Part shown: piece by piece, positions 29,546 through 38,800 of the stretch
Numbering within the stretch: the stretch's first letter is position 1
Layout: the number at the start of each line of letters is the position of its first letter
From: an uncultured delta proteobacterium
Lineage (GTDB): Bacteria > Desulfobacterota > Binatia > UBA9968
DNA length: 64,000 nucleotides
Direction of reading: 5' to 3'
Assembly (NCBI GenBank): GCA_963771465.1
Contig: CAVYTU010000006.1
Span: forward strand, 32,001-96,000
Made by a program: the position numbers and the translations under genes
Notes under the pieces: generated by a model
The model's database searches: none
The model's input: the letters and a program-made list of their open reading frames with translations, nothing else
Told to the model about the DNA's origin: nothing

Positions 29546-30601
29546 CTATTGGATCGTTCTTCCCAGGGTGTCGATTTTTGGGTTCACGCCGAGCTGTCGC
29601 AGGACATCGTCCAAGAAGCGTGTATCCGTCCATTGGTTGACATCGATCTTTGGCACGTTCTCGAAGGACGCCATCTGATAGTAGAACTCGGTAGTTTTCT
29701 TATACTGTTCCAGATTCATCAAACCGTTGACCGCCCAGGAAGATTTGAATCCATTCCAAAGATTGGCCGCGTCTTTGCGGTCGAGTTTGCTGCGCCGTTT
29801 GATGATCGCGTTAATCCAAGCCTCTTGGTTATCCGCGAAATGACGCGCGGTTTTGACGATCGCCGCGGTGAAGCGGCGCAGTTGTTCCGGTTTCTCTTCA
29901 ATGACTTTGGTGGTTGCCGCGTTTACTTTTTCCACCACCGTGGCATTTTCGAAAAACGTGTTGTGATCGACAAGGATTTTGACCCCTGGCTCTTTTTGGA
30001 TGGATACCCAGGTGCCGACCGACATGGCCGTGGCGTCCACCCGTCCGGCGACCAAAGCTTGCGCGCGAGTTGTCGGCACGCCCATCGCCAGCACCGTTAG
30101 GCTCGTTGGATTTATCCCCAACGCTTTTAGCGTGAGCATCGACTGGGTGTGATCGACGCTGCCGAGACGAGCCACGGCGAAAGATTTGCCTTGTAGAGCT
30201 TGCACGCTTTTGATCTCGTCGCGCGCCGCGATGAGAAAATACAAACGCGCGTCGGGCGAGTGGATGGCGCGCATGGGCGCGCCCTTCGATGCCGTCAAGC
30301 GGATCACTTCCGAAGTCGATACGTTGCCGACGTCGATATCACCGGAGATCATCGCGGCTAGGGCGAGCGGCGTGCCTTGAAATTCGATCAGTTCGATATC
30401 CAGGCCTTCGCGTTGATAGAAGCCCAAGTCTTTGGCCAACCAGAGCACTGAATTGGGCAACGGCGGCACGGGCGAAGAGCCGAGGCCGACGCGCAGTTTG
30501 AGCGGCTCTTTCGCCTTGGACTCGGCGGCGGAAACGGTCGATCCTTGCAGCAAAATAAGCAGCGCCGCCAAGGGTAAAAATTTGCTCGATGCTAGCGGCA
30601 T
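29546..30601 (-). CDS. ABC transporter substrate-binding protein, NMT1/THI5/SsuA-like
   Basis: Signal peptide; WLAKDLGFYQREGL, AMISGDID, LQGK, ALVAGRVDA. Confidence 0.88.
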   Translation of the reverse strand: MPLASSKFLPLAALLILLQGSTVSAAESKAKEPLKLRVGLGSSPVPPLPNSVLWLAKDLGFYQREGLDIELIEFQGTPLALAAMISGDIDVGNVSTSEVIRLTASKGAPMRAIHSPDARLYFLIAARDEIKSVQALQGKSFAVARLGSVDHTQSMLTLKALGINPTSLTVLAMGVPTTRAQALVAGRVDATAMSVGTWVSIQKEPGVKILVDHNTFFENATVVEKVNAATTKVIEEKPEQLRRFTAAIVKTARHFADNQEAWINAIIKRRSKLDRKDAANLWNGFKSSWAVNGLMNLEQYKKTTEFYYQMASFENVPKIDVNQWTDTRFLDDVLRQLGVNPKIDTLGRTIQ

Positions 30602-30610
30602 GACAGGCTT

Positions 30611-31414
30611 CTAGCGCGTTGAGCGCGTCTTTTCTAGTTTGTCGTTTTTCTCATGGGAAGATTCGACGAGTAATGGGTGCGAGTAGGGTTTGTGCTTTTC
30701 GCCGTCGCTTTCGGGTACGCGCAGCTGGTTCAGCAAATCTTTTTCCATGATGTCCAGATGTTGAAACATGGCGCCTTCCGCTTCCGTGGCATCGCGCTGC
30801 TCGATCGCTTTGAGAATATATTGATGCCAGCGGCGCGCCATTTCGTGGCGCCCGGCGCGCACGGTTTTTACCTCGGCGTCGTCGAACAAGCGCCAGAAAA
30901 ACGGCAGATGAAAAAACAGGCTGGCACCGGATTCATAAATTCTCAGCAGCGCAGGGTTATGCGCCGCGGCCGCGAGGGCATCATGAAAGTTTCGGTTCGG
31001 ACTGCGGTTGGTATTTTGTCGCGAGCCTTCCAGCTCGAGGCTATGGCGAATTTGCTCGATATCCTCGGCGGTGGCGCGCGCGGCGGCCCAGCCGGCAATG
31101 CGCACTTCGATGAGCTTGCGCACTTCGTAGAGCTGCTTGATGTTCACTTGAGCGGCGAGACTGGCGAGGTCATTGCCGATCTGGGAAGAAGCGTCCTTGG
31201 GATCGGTGACGATGACAGATCGACCGCGTCTAGTTATGAGGCCGCGCACGGCCAGCGACTTGAGCGCTTCGCGGATCGTGGTTCGGCCCACGCCGAAATT
31301 CACGCATAAACTGCGCTCGGCAGGGAGGCGGTCGCCGGGGTTCAGTTTGCCCTGCACGATCTGGTTTTGCAGATCGTTAGCGATGTTGTCGACACGACTA
31401 GTGAATTGAAGCAT
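30611..31414 (-). CDS. GntR (FadR subfamily) transcriptional regulator
   Basis: PGDRLPAERSL...GVGRTTIREAL HTH; FCD domain (EVRKLIE, FHDALA..AHN, H..IL.AI, FQHL); start placed at MLQF. Confidence 0.9.
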   Translation of the reverse strand: MLQFTSRVDNIANDLQNQIVQGKLNPGDRLPAERSLCVNFGVGRTTIREALKSLAVRGLITRRGRSVIVTDPKDASSQIGNDLASLAAQVNIKQLYEVRKLIEVRIAGWAAARATAEDIEQIRHSLELEGSRQNTNRSPNRNFHDALAAAAHNPALLRIYESGASLFFHLPFFWRLFDDAEVKTVRAGRHEMARRWHQYILKAIEQRDATEAEGAMFQHLDIMEKDLLNQLRVPESDGEKHKPYSHPLLVESSHEKNDKLEKTRSTR

Positions 31415-31491
31415 TGGTCTGACCCAAATCGTCTTGACATCATTAGGATGGCTGTTATATAGCAAAATATCAGAGATTTGGCCAGACCAAA
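31415..31491. promoter_or_regulatory. Divergent promoter region with two FadR-type operator-like sites
   Basis: TGGTCTGACCC (31415-31425) and TTTGGCCAGACCAAA (31477-31491) resemble TGGT-N3-ACCA; TTGACA at 31434 lies between them. Confidence 0.55.
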
Positions 31492-31514
31492 GTGGCCAAT
31501 GGAAGGAGATGACG

Positions 31515-32483
31515 ATGAGTTCCAACGAAAAGATCGTCGTGTTCGGGCCGGCACTGCCGATGAATATCGCGCCGATGTGGGTCGCTCACGATAAAGGATT
31601 TTTTAAAGAAGAAGGCTTGGATGTCGATCTGAGACCGGTGCAAGGCATTCCTGACAGCGAGCACCCGCGCCATCAGTGGCGCAAAGAGGGCGCGATCATT
31701 TTCCAATCGCCCGGCGGCTCGCCGCCGTTTCGCTCAGTGTTGGAAAAGCGCGATCACATCGACGGCGAGGTCAACGTAGTTTCCATCGCTAACCGCACGG
31801 CCCATGTGTTTGTGGCTAAGCCCTATGTCAAAGATGTTGCCGATTTGAAAGGTAGAAAGATCGCAGGAGACCTCAAAGGCGGTTCGAGCATGGACGCCAA
31901 GATGGTCATGCGCCACTTCGGTGTCGATCCGGAAAAGGACGTTACCTGGATCGATAGCCGCGGCAAGCCGCCCAACACGGAACGATTTCGTCTGGGGCTG
32001 TTCGAGAGGGGTGAAGTCGATGCGGTGTGTTGCGATCCACCGCACTGGAACATCGCCGTGCAGATGGGCGGCCATGCGCTCCAGTCATGCCGCGATCTGT
32101 TCTCGATTCCCGAGGCGGGCTTTTCCACTTCGCCCGCCGTCATTGCGGAGAAGCCTTTCGTGGTCAAAGGCATGATTCGCGCGCTGTTGCGCGGCGTGAT
32201 GGTGGCGCGTCACAGCAAACAAGAGACCCTCGATTCGATTCTGCGCCATAATCATTTTATCAACCGCGAACTGGCGACGCTCGCTTACGACGAAGTTCAC
32301 AGAGAATGGGGCCCGGTGCTCGACTTGGAAGCGTATCAACGCAAGGTGGATTTCTACACTAGCGAGTGGAACCTGCCGAAGAAACCGGTGAGCGACTACT
32401 ATAACTTCAAATATTTGAAGGAAGCGCTCGACGAGTTGGGCCTGCTCCACACTTGGGATCCGCGGCTGGAATTCAAGCCATAG
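31515..32483 (+). CDS. NMT1/THI5-fold protein lacking a signal peptide
   Basis: AAGGAG RBS; MWVAHDKGFFKEEGLDV, DLKGRKI, GVDPEKDV, GEVDA; hydrophilic N-terminus. Confidence 0.8.
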   Translation: MSSNEKIVVFGPALPMNIAPMWVAHDKGFFKEEGLDVDLRPVQGIPDSEHPRHQWRKEGAIIFQSPGGSPPFRSVLEKRDHIDGEVNVVSIANRTAHVFVAKPYVKDVADLKGRKIAGDLKGGSSMDAKMVMRHFGVDPEKDVTWIDSRGKPPNTERFRLGLFERGEVDAVCCDPPHWNIAVQMGGHALQSCRDLFSIPEAGFSTSPAVIAEKPFVVKGMIRALLRGVMVARHSKQETLDSILRHNHFINRELATLAYDEVHREWGPVLDLEAYQRKVDFYTSEWNLPKKPVSDYYNFKYLKEALDELGLLHTWDPRLEFKP

Positions 32484-32511
32484 AAGGATCGAGTCAAGGC
32501 AAAAGGTAAAA

Positions 32512-33573
32512 GTGAAAATTCTACGCTGCCAAAAGAACCGCTTGTCGTCGCGACTAGCGGTTTCTTTGCTTTTATTACTGCTGTCAGCCGGCGCCGCCTT
32601 CGCTCAGGCGAATTTTTACGAAGACAAGACGATCAGATTAGTCATTGGTTTTTCCGCCGGCGGTATCAGCGATCTGTGGGGCCGCGCTCTGTCGCGCGCG
32701 ATGAGCCAGTATATTCCCGGCAAGCCGCAAATTATCCTCCACAACATGCCTGGCGCAGGATCGTTAACGGCGGCGAATTATCTTTACAGCGTCGCCAAAC
32801 CGGACGGCCTGACACTGGGGTTTTTCACGCCTGGTTTATTTTTCAATCAACTGATCGGCTCCAAAGAAGTGCAATTCGACTGGGCGAAGTTTGCCTGGAT
32901 CGGCTCGCCGGAACAAACCCAACGGATCATCTACATTCGCGCCGACTCGCCGATCAAAACGATCGATGACATGCGCGGCGCCGCCGAAGGACCGCGTTGC
33001 GGCGCCACCGCGCTTGGCACGGTGGGCCATTACTTTCCGCGGCTTGTGGAAGAAGCCTTGGGGGTGAAATTCAATCTTGTCATCGGCTATCCCGGCGCTG
33101 CCGAGATCGACTTGGCGATTCAAAAAAACGAAGTGCAGTGCCGCGCCGGCAGTTTGGAAGGCTACTTTGGCAGCGAGCCAAGCAAGAGCTGGGCGAAGAG
33201 TGGGTTCGCTCGGGTACTGATCAATGGCGGCGCCAAGCGCGATGGGCGAATTGCCGACGTCGCGACGCTTCATGAGTTGATGGACAAGCGCAATGCGCCG
33301 GATGTGACGCGCCGATTGGCGACCGTGTTGCTTTCACCCGACTACATCGGCCGGCCGCTGGCGACGACGCCGGGAGTGCCGGCGGAGCGGGTGAAGCTGT
33401 TGCGCGATGGCTTCAATAAAGCGCTGGTCGATCCCGAGTTCGTTTCTGAAGCCAAAAAGCGGGCTTGGGAAATCGAGCCGGTGACCGGCGAAGAGCTTGA
33501 AGCGATCGGCAAAAAGGTCATGGCGCAGCCGGCCGATGTGATCGAGCGGATGAAGAAAGTTCTGGGAAATTAA
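32512..33573 (+). CDS. Bug/TctC family substrate-binding protein
   Basis: Signal peptide AFAQA; FYEDKTIRLVIG..GG.SD, NMPGAGS, KPDGLT, GYPG; start uncertain. Confidence 0.9.
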   Translation: MKILRCQKNRLSSRLAVSLLLLLLSAGAAFAQANFYEDKTIRLVIGFSAGGISDLWGRALSRAMSQYIPGKPQIILHNMPGAGSLTAANYLYSVAKPDGLTLGFFTPGLFFNQLIGSKEVQFDWAKFAWIGSPEQTQRIIYIRADSPIKTIDDMRGAAEGPRCGATALGTVGHYFPRLVEEALGVKFNLVIGYPGAAEIDLAIQKNEVQCRAGSLEGYFGSEPSKSWAKSGFARVLINGGAKRDGRIADVATLHELMDKRNAPDVTRRLATVLLSPDYIGRPLATTPGVPAERVKLLRDGFNKALVDPEFVSEAKKRAWEIEPVTGEELEAIGKKVMAQPADVIERMKKVLGN

Positions 33574-33625
33574 ATAGGCAAAATTAAAAATCTTAAGAAT
33601 TAGCGAATCAAGGCGGGAGTTTCCA

Positions 33626-34849
33626 ATGTATAAAACTACCAAAGAAGAAAACGAAATTCTGACCCGCACGGGCAAGGGCACGCCGATGGGTGAGTTCTTG
33701 CGGCGCTATTGGTGGCCCATCGGCATTGCCGCTCATTTGAAAGAGCGGCCGACTTTCATTCGCGTGTTCGGCGAAGACTTGGTTTTGTTCCGCGATGCCA
33801 AAGGAAAAGTCGGCGTCATCGGCGCCTTTTGCGCGCACCGGCGCGCCAATCTCTGTCTCGGCGACGTCGAGCGCGACGGCGTGCGCTGCCGCTATCATGG
33901 CTGGCTGTACGACACGGACGGACAGTGCGTGCAGATTCCCGGCGAGCCGGCCGACAGCGAGCTTAAGAAAGAATCGATTCATTTGCCGGCGTATCCCGTC
34001 GAAGAGCTCGGCGGATTGATCTTTGCCTATTTCGGGCCGCAGCCCGCGCCGTTGGTGCCGCGTTACAATTTTCTCGTCGGCCAGGGTGAGGTTTATATCA
34101 CGATCCAGGGCTTACAGAATTGTAACTGGTTGCAGTGCGTCGAAAACGGCATGGACCCGGTGCATCCAAGTTTTACCCATGGCGGCGCCTGGCCGGATAT
34201 CATGAGCACCGAACCGGAACTGGGATTTCATGAAACCGAGTGGGGCATGGTTTACAAAGCTTACCGCAAGACCAAAGAACCCGGCGTGCTCAACTACCGG
34301 GAGCATCATTTGCTCATGCCCGGCGTGAGCTGCGGCGGCAGCGGCGGCCGTTACTTGTCGGGTAAGCAGGCGGGCACGCCCGTGTCGGCGGCGCGCTGGA
34401 GCGTGCCCATCGACGACACGCATACCATGCTCATGCGCGTCCGTTTCAAGCCGTCGGACAATCCCGGCAAGTATGAAGGCGATCCGTTCAGCAAACGCTG
34501 GAAGCCGCCGCAGGAATTCATCGTGCCGTACAAAGAATATCGCGACTCGGACGCGCCAGTGCTCGGTTACCCGATTCCACCGCTGCACTTTATCGAGGAC
34601 GGCATGGTGGTCGACAGCATGCCGCCCATCGCCGATCGTGAAAATGAGAATCTCGGCCCGGCGATCGACGACGGCATCATCAAGCTGCGCCAAATGTATT
34701 TGCGCGAAGTTGAAAAAGTGCAGCGCGGCGAAGACCCCAAATGCATCGTGCGCGATCCGGAAAAAAACCAGATGATCGTCATCCCGGCCTACGAAAAATG
34801 GGTGCCGGAGAGCGAGCGCGATCTTGGCAAATCCGCCGCGGTGGGGTAA
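33626..34849 (+). CDS. Rieske non-heme iron oxygenase, alpha-only type (phthalate 4,5-dioxygenase/vanillate demethylase-like)
   Basis: GTPMGE.LRRYW, Rieske CAH...CRYH, mononuclear iron site ENGMDPVHPSFTH, VPIDD. Confidence 0.92.
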   Translation: MYKTTKEENEILTRTGKGTPMGEFLRRYWWPIGIAAHLKERPTFIRVFGEDLVLFRDAKGKVGVIGAFCAHRRANLCLGDVERDGVRCRYHGWLYDTDGQCVQIPGEPADSELKKESIHLPAYPVEELGGLIFAYFGPQPAPLVPRYNFLVGQGEVYITIQGLQNCNWLQCVENGMDPVHPSFTHGGAWPDIMSTEPELGFHETEWGMVYKAYRKTKEPGVLNYREHHLLMPGVSCGGSGGRYLSGKQAGTPVSAARWSVPIDDTHTMLMRVRFKPSDNPGKYEGDPFSKRWKPPQEFIVPYKEYRDSDAPVLGYPIPPLHFIEDGMVVDSMPPIADRENENLGPAIDDGIIKLRQMYLREVEKVQRGEDPKCIVRDPEKNQMIVIPAYEKWVPESERDLGKSAAVG

Positions 34850-34923
34850 AAAGGATTGACCGCAAAGAACGCAAAGCAAGAATTGGGATTTGTCGGGCGG
34901 GATTGAATTCTATTGGAGGAATT

Positions 34924-35241
34924 ATGGCAATACACTTCGTGAATGAAAATGATGTCGAAAAGGCCAAGAGCGGGCGTGGCTATACCAAATGGCTCCATGT
35001 GACCAAGGGCGAAGCCGGTCCCGAAATGATGATCCGCCACTGGGGACCGGATACGGATATTCCGGTGCACAGCCATCCCTTCCATGAAATGTTTTATGTC
35101 CTGGAAGGCGAGATCGAGATCGGCGGCACGACTTATGCGGCTGGCTCGTGCATCTATATCGAGAAGAATACGCCCTATGGTCCGACGCGCGCGCCGAAGG
35201 GCGGGAAAGTGCTGCGCTATGCGGAAGCCCGCCGAGGGTAA
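34924..35241 (+). CDS. Cupin domain protein
   Basis: GGAGG RBS; PVHSHPFHEMFYVLEGE, GSCIYI..NTPYGP. Confidence 0.85.
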   Translation: MAIHFVNENDVEKAKSGRGYTKWLHVTKGEAGPEMMIRHWGPDTDIPVHSHPFHEMFYVLEGEIEIGGTTYAAGSCIYIEKNTPYGPTRAPKGGKVLRYAEARRG

Positions 35242-35246
35242 ATAGC

Positions 35247-36053
35247 GTGGAAAGCTACATCGAAGCCGACGGACTCAAGACATTTTATGTCAAAGCTGGC
35301 AGCGGCTTTCCCGTGGTGATGATTCACGGCGCGGCTCCGGGCGCATCGGCGCAAGTCAATTGGCAGCTCAATATCGAGCCCCTCGCCGCCGCCGGTTTTA
35401 CTGTTTACGCTTACGACCAGCCGGGATTCGGCAAGAGCGAAAATCCAGCGGACCTGTCCATCGAGTATCGAGTCACGCACGCCAAGGCGTTGATCAATGC
35501 TTTGAAACTCGATCGTTATCACGTGATCGGCAATTCCGTCGGCGGCTACGTCGCGGCGCGCCTGGCGCTCGAAGACGGCCGAGTCGGTAAGTTCGTGACC
35601 ACGACGAGCGGCACACTCGCGCCCAAAGGCTCGGCGGAGTCGCAAGCGCTGGGGCAAAAGCATTCCGAGGAGCTGCGCGAGTATGTGCCGAGCCTGGAAA
35701 ACATGCGCGCGCTGACGCTCGGAACGCTCTATCGTAAAGAACTGGTTACCGAAACGTTGGTGCGTGAACGGCATGAGATGAGCATCGGCAAGAATCAAGA
35801 AGCGGCGCAGAAAAGACGCGGCGTCAAGCCGCCGCGCTCGCTCACTGAGGAATTGGCCAATCTCAAAACCAAAACGTTGCTCTTGTGGGGCAATCAAGAC
35901 CGTGGGGTCTCGGTGGAGCGCGGTCTCTTGCTGTTCCAACTCATTCCCAATGCCGAGTTTCATCTGTTCGACCAGTGCGCCCATTGGGTGCAGTGGGACC
36001 AAGCCGGTCGATTCAATCGGCTGGTGGCGGACTTTCTCGCCGGCGGCAATTAG
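35247..36053 (+). CDS. Alpha/beta hydrolase, meta-cleavage-product hydrolase-like
   Basis: IHGAAPGAS..NW, DQPGFG, GNSVGG nucleophile elbow, WG.QD, CAHWVQW. Confidence 0.88.
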   Translation: MESYIEADGLKTFYVKAGSGFPVVMIHGAAPGASAQVNWQLNIEPLAAAGFTVYAYDQPGFGKSENPADLSIEYRVTHAKALINALKLDRYHVIGNSVGGYVAARLALEDGRVGKFVTTTSGTLAPKGSAESQALGQKHSEELREYVPSLENMRALTLGTLYRKELVTETLVRERHEMSIGKNQEAAQKRRGVKPPRSLTEELANLKTKTLLLWGNQDRGVSVERGLLLFQLIPNAEFHLFDQCAHWVQWDQAGRFNRLVADFLAGGN

Positions 36054-36087
36054 TCCTGTTTGCTAGGTTAAAAGTACCTGCCCACCT

Positions 36088-36501
36088 GTGCTGAATAAAA
36101 CTCAAGCCGAAGCAATGGTTCTGGCGCGGCTCAAAGCGCGATTCGACCACGCTAACCTTTCGATTGCTGAACACGGCACGGAGGAACGGTTATTCGGTTG
36201 GATGTTTCTCCTCTGTGGCGGCGAGACCGGTTCTGGTGGTGAAGCAGCAGCGAAGATTCCTCGTGCGGTGATAGTGAACAAGCATTCGCAGCAGGTGATC
36301 GCGAGTTATGTCGACCGCGAGCCGGCGCAGTTCATCAGGGTCTACGAAAAATTATTGTCGCAGAACCAGTCGCGCAATGATAATTGGTGTTTGACAGCGT
36401 CATTTCCGTTGTCTTGGCTGCGCTGGCGAAAACAATCGATGGCTGAGCTGGCGAAAGATGCCGGATTTTATGAGATTCGAGGTGAGGAGAATGAGCCATG
36501 A
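36088..36501 (+). CDS. Hypothetical protein, YrhB/Imm35-like
   Basis: MLNKTQAE..V, E..FGWMF, VIVNKHSQQV...FIRVYE pattern; ATGA overlap with the next gene. Confidence 0.5.
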   Translation: MLNKTQAEAMVLARLKARFDHANLSIAEHGTEERLFGWMFLLCGGETGSGGEAAAKIPRAVIVNKHSQQVIASYVDREPAQFIRVYEKLLSQNQSRNDNWCLTASFPLSWLRWRKQSMAELAKDAGFYEIRGEENEP

Positions 36502-37499
36502 ATAGACGCTTCTTTCTGTGCGGCATTGCTCTCGTGTGTCTGTCTTTGTTCGTGCATGGCGCTCAAGCTCAGGATAAGAAGCTCGAAAGAATCCGCGTCG
36601 GCGGCGGTTCCACTTCGGCGACGCAGATGTCGATGTGGCTGGCGAAGGAAGGCGGCTTTTATGAAAAGCATGGCCTCAGCGTCGAAGCGATCAGTATTCC
36701 GGGCAGCTCGCTGGCGCTGCAAGCGATGCTCGCCGGCGAGTTGCCGATCATTCAGCTCGGCGGCGCGGCGTCGATTCAAGCCAATCTTGCCGGCGCGGAC
36801 ACGATTATCATCGCGTCGATCGTCAAGAAGTTTCTCTTCTGGATTTACAGCCGGGCCGATATCGCGCGCATGGAAGATCTGAAAGGCAAAGTGTTCGGCA
36901 CGACCCGTTTCGGCACGCTGTCCGATCTAGCCTCGCGTTTCGCGCTGCGGCTTTACGGCATCGATCCGGAGCGCGATATCACCATGGTGCAGACCGGCGG
37001 GCCGGCGGAGACCGTGGCGGCGATAGCGACGGGAAAGATCCAAGCGGCGGCGCTCAGTCCGCCGGCGACCTTGCAGGCGAAGAAGGCGAAGTTGCGCGAG
37101 CTTCTCGATATGTCCAAGCTCGACGCCGAGTATCACATCAACGGCGTGGTGACGACGCGGAAATTTTTGAAAACCAACGAAGACACCGTCCGGCGCTTCA
37201 TGCGCGCTTATATCGAAGGCGCGGTGCGCGGTCAAAGGGATAAAAATTTTGCGACGAAGTCCATGGCCAAGATCTTTCGCACCGACGACCGCGAGTTATT
37301 GGACGAGAGTTACGATTTGATCATTAAGTCTAACTTCGTCGTGCCGCCCTATCCTTCGGTGCCGGGCATCGCCAGTCTGATGAAGGGTTTGGAACAGTCC
37401 AATCCCAAAGCCAAGACTTCCAAACCGGAAGATCATGCCGATAGCCGGATTGTTCGCGAGTTGGAGCAGAGCGGGTTTATTAAATCATTGCAACAATAG
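36498..37499 (+). CDS. ABC transporter substrate-binding protein, NMT1/THI5/SsuA-like
   Basis: Signal peptide AQAQ; WLAKEGGFYEKHGL, DLKGK, GIDPERDI, GKIQAA. Confidence 0.88.
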   Translation: MNRRFFLCGIALVCLSLFVHGAQAQDKKLERIRVGGGSTSATQMSMWLAKEGGFYEKHGLSVEAISIPGSSLALQAMLAGELPIIQLGGAASIQANLAGADTIIIASIVKKFLFWIYSRADIARMEDLKGKVFGTTRFGTLSDLASRFALRLYGIDPERDITMVQTGGPAETVAAIATGKIQAAALSPPATLQAKKAKLRELLDMSKLDAEYHINGVVTTRKFLKTNEDTVRRFMRAYIEGAVRGQRDKNFATKSMAKIFRTDDRELLDESYDLIIKSNFVVPPYPSVPGIASLMKGLEQSNPKAKTSKPEDHADSRIVRELEQSGFIKSLQQ

Positions 37500-37500
37500 T

Positions 37501-37608
37501 GTTCAAATCGTTCAAGCCGTTCAAAACGTTCAAATCGTCTTCGGGGTTTCAACGTATTGAACGGAGTGAAACGGTTTGAACGTAGCGCGGCGATTGAACG
37601 ATTGAATC
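37501..37608. repeat. 9-nt tandem array with inverted counterpart (palindromic repeat) between convergent genes
   Basis: GTTCAAATC GTTCAAGCC GTTCAAAAC GTTCAAATC, then TTGAACG / TTTGAACG / ATTGAACG / ATTGAATC. Confidence 0.75.
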
Positions 37609-38643
37609 CTAGAGCCTGTAAAACCGCTTGGCGTTGTCGTAGATAATTTTTCGTTTCGCCTCCCGGCTTAAATCCTTGCGCGCGAAATGTTCTTTGACCA
37701 AGACTTTCATGTCAGTGCGGGTCGCTTCGTGGGGAAAGTCGGAGGCCCATAGCAAGCAATCAGCGCCGAGCAGTTCGACGTCGCGTTTAGTCGTTATTTC
37801 TTCACCGCATTGAAAATAAAGTTGCCTACGCGCCAACAACTCGCTCGGCAGCACCGGACGTTCCGATGGCGAAACCCGTTCGAGCCGCTCTTCGATCTTG
37901 CTGATCAAAAACGGCGTCCAGCCGCAGCCCGCTTCGAGAAAGCCCAGGCGCAGTTTTTTGAGTTTGCTCATCACGCCGGAGAACATGATGTTGGTGAACT
38001 GACGCATTTGCGGAATCACATGGGTTAGCGTCGCCGCTTCGTTGGGCACCAGGTAGCGGTCGTTGTCGCGCAGCGAGTTGCACGAATGCACCGAGAGCGT
38101 GCAGCCGAGTTTGTCGGCCTCCTGGTAGATCGGCCAGTATTGTTTGTGGCCGAGGGGCAGTTGCAATCCATCCGCGGGCAGGATGCCGCCGACCGCTCCA
38201 TACTTCTTTACAGCCCGCCGGAGTTCCTTTACCGCGGCTTGCGGGTCTTGCAGCGGCAGCAGCGCCATGCCGCGAAAGCGGCGGTCGTGGATCAAGAAGC
38301 GCTGGTGAAGATAATCGTTGTAAGCGCGGCACAACTCGACGGCGTAGGTCGGATTGCCGATCTGGCCAACGTGCATGAAACGAGTCGGATACAGGACGGT
38401 CAATTCGAAATCACCCTCATCTAGTTTTTCCACCCACTCGCGCCAGTCGGGCACGCGAAAGTCTTGGCGGCGAAAATCGTTGGCCGGGATCGAACGGTGC
38501 CAGCCGTGGTGCGGCGTCAGCGGAAAATAAAGCATGGCGTCGCGCCGGCTGCGGTAGCCGGCTGACATGAACTCGATAATTTCTGCGTCGGTCTCGCGCA
38601 CGTGGCCGTCGGCGTCGATGATTTTAGGTTTCGTATGTTTCAT
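37609..38643 (-). CDS. Amidohydrolase_2 family metallo-hydrolase/decarboxylase
   Basis: IDADGHV, CRAYNDY, LPLQDP..AV.EL, VH, LEAGCGW, WASDFPH. Confidence 0.9.
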   Translation of the reverse strand: MKHTKPKIIDADGHVRETDAEIIEFMSAGYRSRRDAMLYFPLTPHHGWHRSIPANDFRRQDFRVPDWREWVEKLDEGDFELTVLYPTRFMHVGQIGNPTYAVELCRAYNDYLHQRFLIHDRRFRGMALLPLQDPQAAVKELRRAVKKYGAVGGILPADGLQLPLGHKQYWPIYQEADKLGCTLSVHSCNSLRDNDRYLVPNEAATLTHVIPQMRQFTNIMFSGVMSKLKKLRLGFLEAGCGWTPFLISKIEERLERVSPSERPVLPSELLARRQLYFQCGEEITTKRDVELLGADCLLWASDFPHEATRTDMKVLVKEHFARKDLSREAKRKIIYDNAKRFYRL

Positions 38644-38800
38644 GGTTGCTTCCTCACATGGTTTTGATGGTTTCGCATGGGGTCTCGGCGCTTGTCAATC
38701 AAAGTGAACGGTCGGCGCCGCGCATGAGGATTGTCGGCGGCGGTCAGCAAAGAAGCCGCGGCGATTAGAATTTTACGCGGCGCTAAGATAAGCTAGTGAG

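Noticed and set aside
37501-37608. Possible CRISPR array
   Set aside because: Units are 9 nt with no unique spacers, the second half is inverted, and there are no cas genes
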